A stretch of DNA of 64,000 nt from the human T2T-CHM13v2.0 reference genome, Homo sapiens, in the NCBI RefSeq assembly GCF_009914755.1, contig NC_060929.1; one strand, 5' to 3'. The number at the start of each line of letters is the position of its first letter. Position 1 is the stretch's first letter. The notes under the pieces were generated by a model that saw only the letters and a program-made list of their open reading frames with translations, searched no databases and was not told the DNA's origin. Below, piece after piece: positions 62,359-64,000 of this stretch. Made by a program: the position numbers and the translations under genes.

Positions 62359-64000
62359 AGAGGAGGAAGAAGAACACTGTAATATGGGTAAAGGCAAGAG
62401 ACTGTCCTTCTTGATCTTTTTAAAGTATGTTTGACTATGGAAACCAAAATTATAGCCCTGTCTTATACAAAATAATACACATAGTAATATTCTAGATAAA
62501 AATAAATGCTAAAAATAGTTTAAGAAACCCACAGGAAGGCAAAAAAAAAAACAACCTAAATACACTCAAGAAAATACAGAAGCAGAAAATCAAACAAAAA
62601 GAAAAAATTGCAGATTGATGTCTTAAAATATAAGTGAATATATTAAACATAAATGATCTAGGCATACAAATTAAAAGGCAGAAACGGGCAGAGTGGACTA
62701 CATAAAAATGATCAGTGTATGTCTTGTTTATAAGACACTCATTTTAAACAAATCAATACTTTATAAAAGAAGAGCAATGCCCAAATACATATCGTTTCAC
62801 TGAATAATTCTACAAAGATTTAAAAAAAAAAAAACCAATTCTACACAATTTATTACAGAAAGCAAAAACACTTACAACTCATTTGTGAGTTTAGTATTAT
62901 CCTGATATTAAAACCAGGCTATGACAGCACAAGAAAGAAAACTGTAGATCAATATTCCACATGAAAATAGATACTGATATCTTCAACAAAATAAGATCAG
63001 AAAAAAATTCAGAAATATATTAAAAATTGTACACCATGACCAAGGGGGATTTATTTCTATGGGAGCAAAGCTATATCAATAATTTTTAAAGGACAATTTA
63101 ATTCATTATATTAACAGAGTTACAAAGAAATATTACACAATCATAGCATTAAGTGTAGAAAAAGTAATTGACAATATCATTCATGAAAATCTTCTAGCAA
63201 AATATAAATAAGGAAGGCCTTTTTCGAATTGATAAATAATATGTACAAAAACATCCTACAGGTAGCTTTATATTCAATGGAGAAAGACTTAATGGGAGAA
63301 ACACTGAATGCATTTTCCCTGAGATTGTAAACAAGACAATGGGGTCATCTCTCAATATTCTCAATCAATTCAATTCTAGAAGCTCTAAAGACTTCAATAT
63401 GGCCAAATAAATAAATAAATGAAGGGCACGCATGCTGCAATTGAAGATAAAAAAAAGTCCCGATTTGCCGATGACATAATTGTCTCCACTGAAACTCTCA
63501 ACTAATATACAAAAACCTCCTAAAATAAATTAGGTCATCAAGGACACAAGATACAAGCAGGATACAAAATAAACATCCAAAAATAATTTGTATTTTTATA
63601 TGCCAGCAATAATCACATAGATACTAAAATTAAAAATTTTATACCATCTTCAGTTGTTCGCACACACGAAGAAATGTTTTGTTGTAAATGAAATATGTAG
63701 AAGACTTGTGTATTATAAAGATGTGCAATGGTTATGAAAAGATCAAAGAAGATTTAAATAAAGAGAGACATATACTATGTTCATGAATTGGAAGACAGCA
63801 CATGAAAGATGTTAATTCTCCATAATTATATACAGGTATAACCAAATTCATATCAGAATATCATTAAGATTTTTATAGATATAATGAACATTATTCTAAA
63901 ATTGGTATAAAAAAGCAAAAGACCTGAAGAATTAAAATAATATTGAAAATTATGAATATAAAAAGAGGAATCAGTCTATCCATTTTTAGACTCACTATAT

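Larger units (their letters stand above)
60350..64000 (+). mobile_element. Fragmented ancient L1M (5'/ORF1 and ORF2 pieces) with nested insertions; runs off the window
   Basis: 'aaatggctgaaaaatttccaaattt.gcaaaagacataaa', 'attaaaaggcagaaa..ggcagagtgga', 'acaccatgaccaag.gggatttatt', 'tttgccgatgacataattgtct' (RT F-A-D-D motif), 'atactatgttcatgaattggaagac'. Confidence 0.8.

Overview
AT-rich primate genomic DNA, very likely human or great ape given the AluY and AluYe-type copies. I see no recognisable protein-coding gene, RNA gene or CpG island. Roughly half the window is decayed interspersed repeats: L1 fragments of many ages, including a ~3.3 kb 5'-truncated L1PA15/16-like copy; about 13 Alu copies or fragments; MIR and L2; solo LTRs (MER52, an LTR26/47-like LTR, MST, MLT1, MLT2); an MSTA provirus lacking most of its 3' LTR; and DNA-transposon fossils (MER20, MER63A, Tigger1, MER6, MER58A). 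The supplied ORFs are chance or repeat-derived. LTR orientation is balanced, which fits intergenic or lncRNA territory better than the intron of a strongly transcribed gene (inference). I found no convincing new biological system. The best leads are a nested ~143-bp near-perfect palindrome in apparently non-repeat sequence (52989-53131), a 25-nt microexon-like signal with consensus splice sites (23371-23395), and two independent Alu insertions at the same homologous site of two MST LTRs. Repeat subfamily names come from my recall of consensus sequences and need RepeatMasker/Dfam confirmation.
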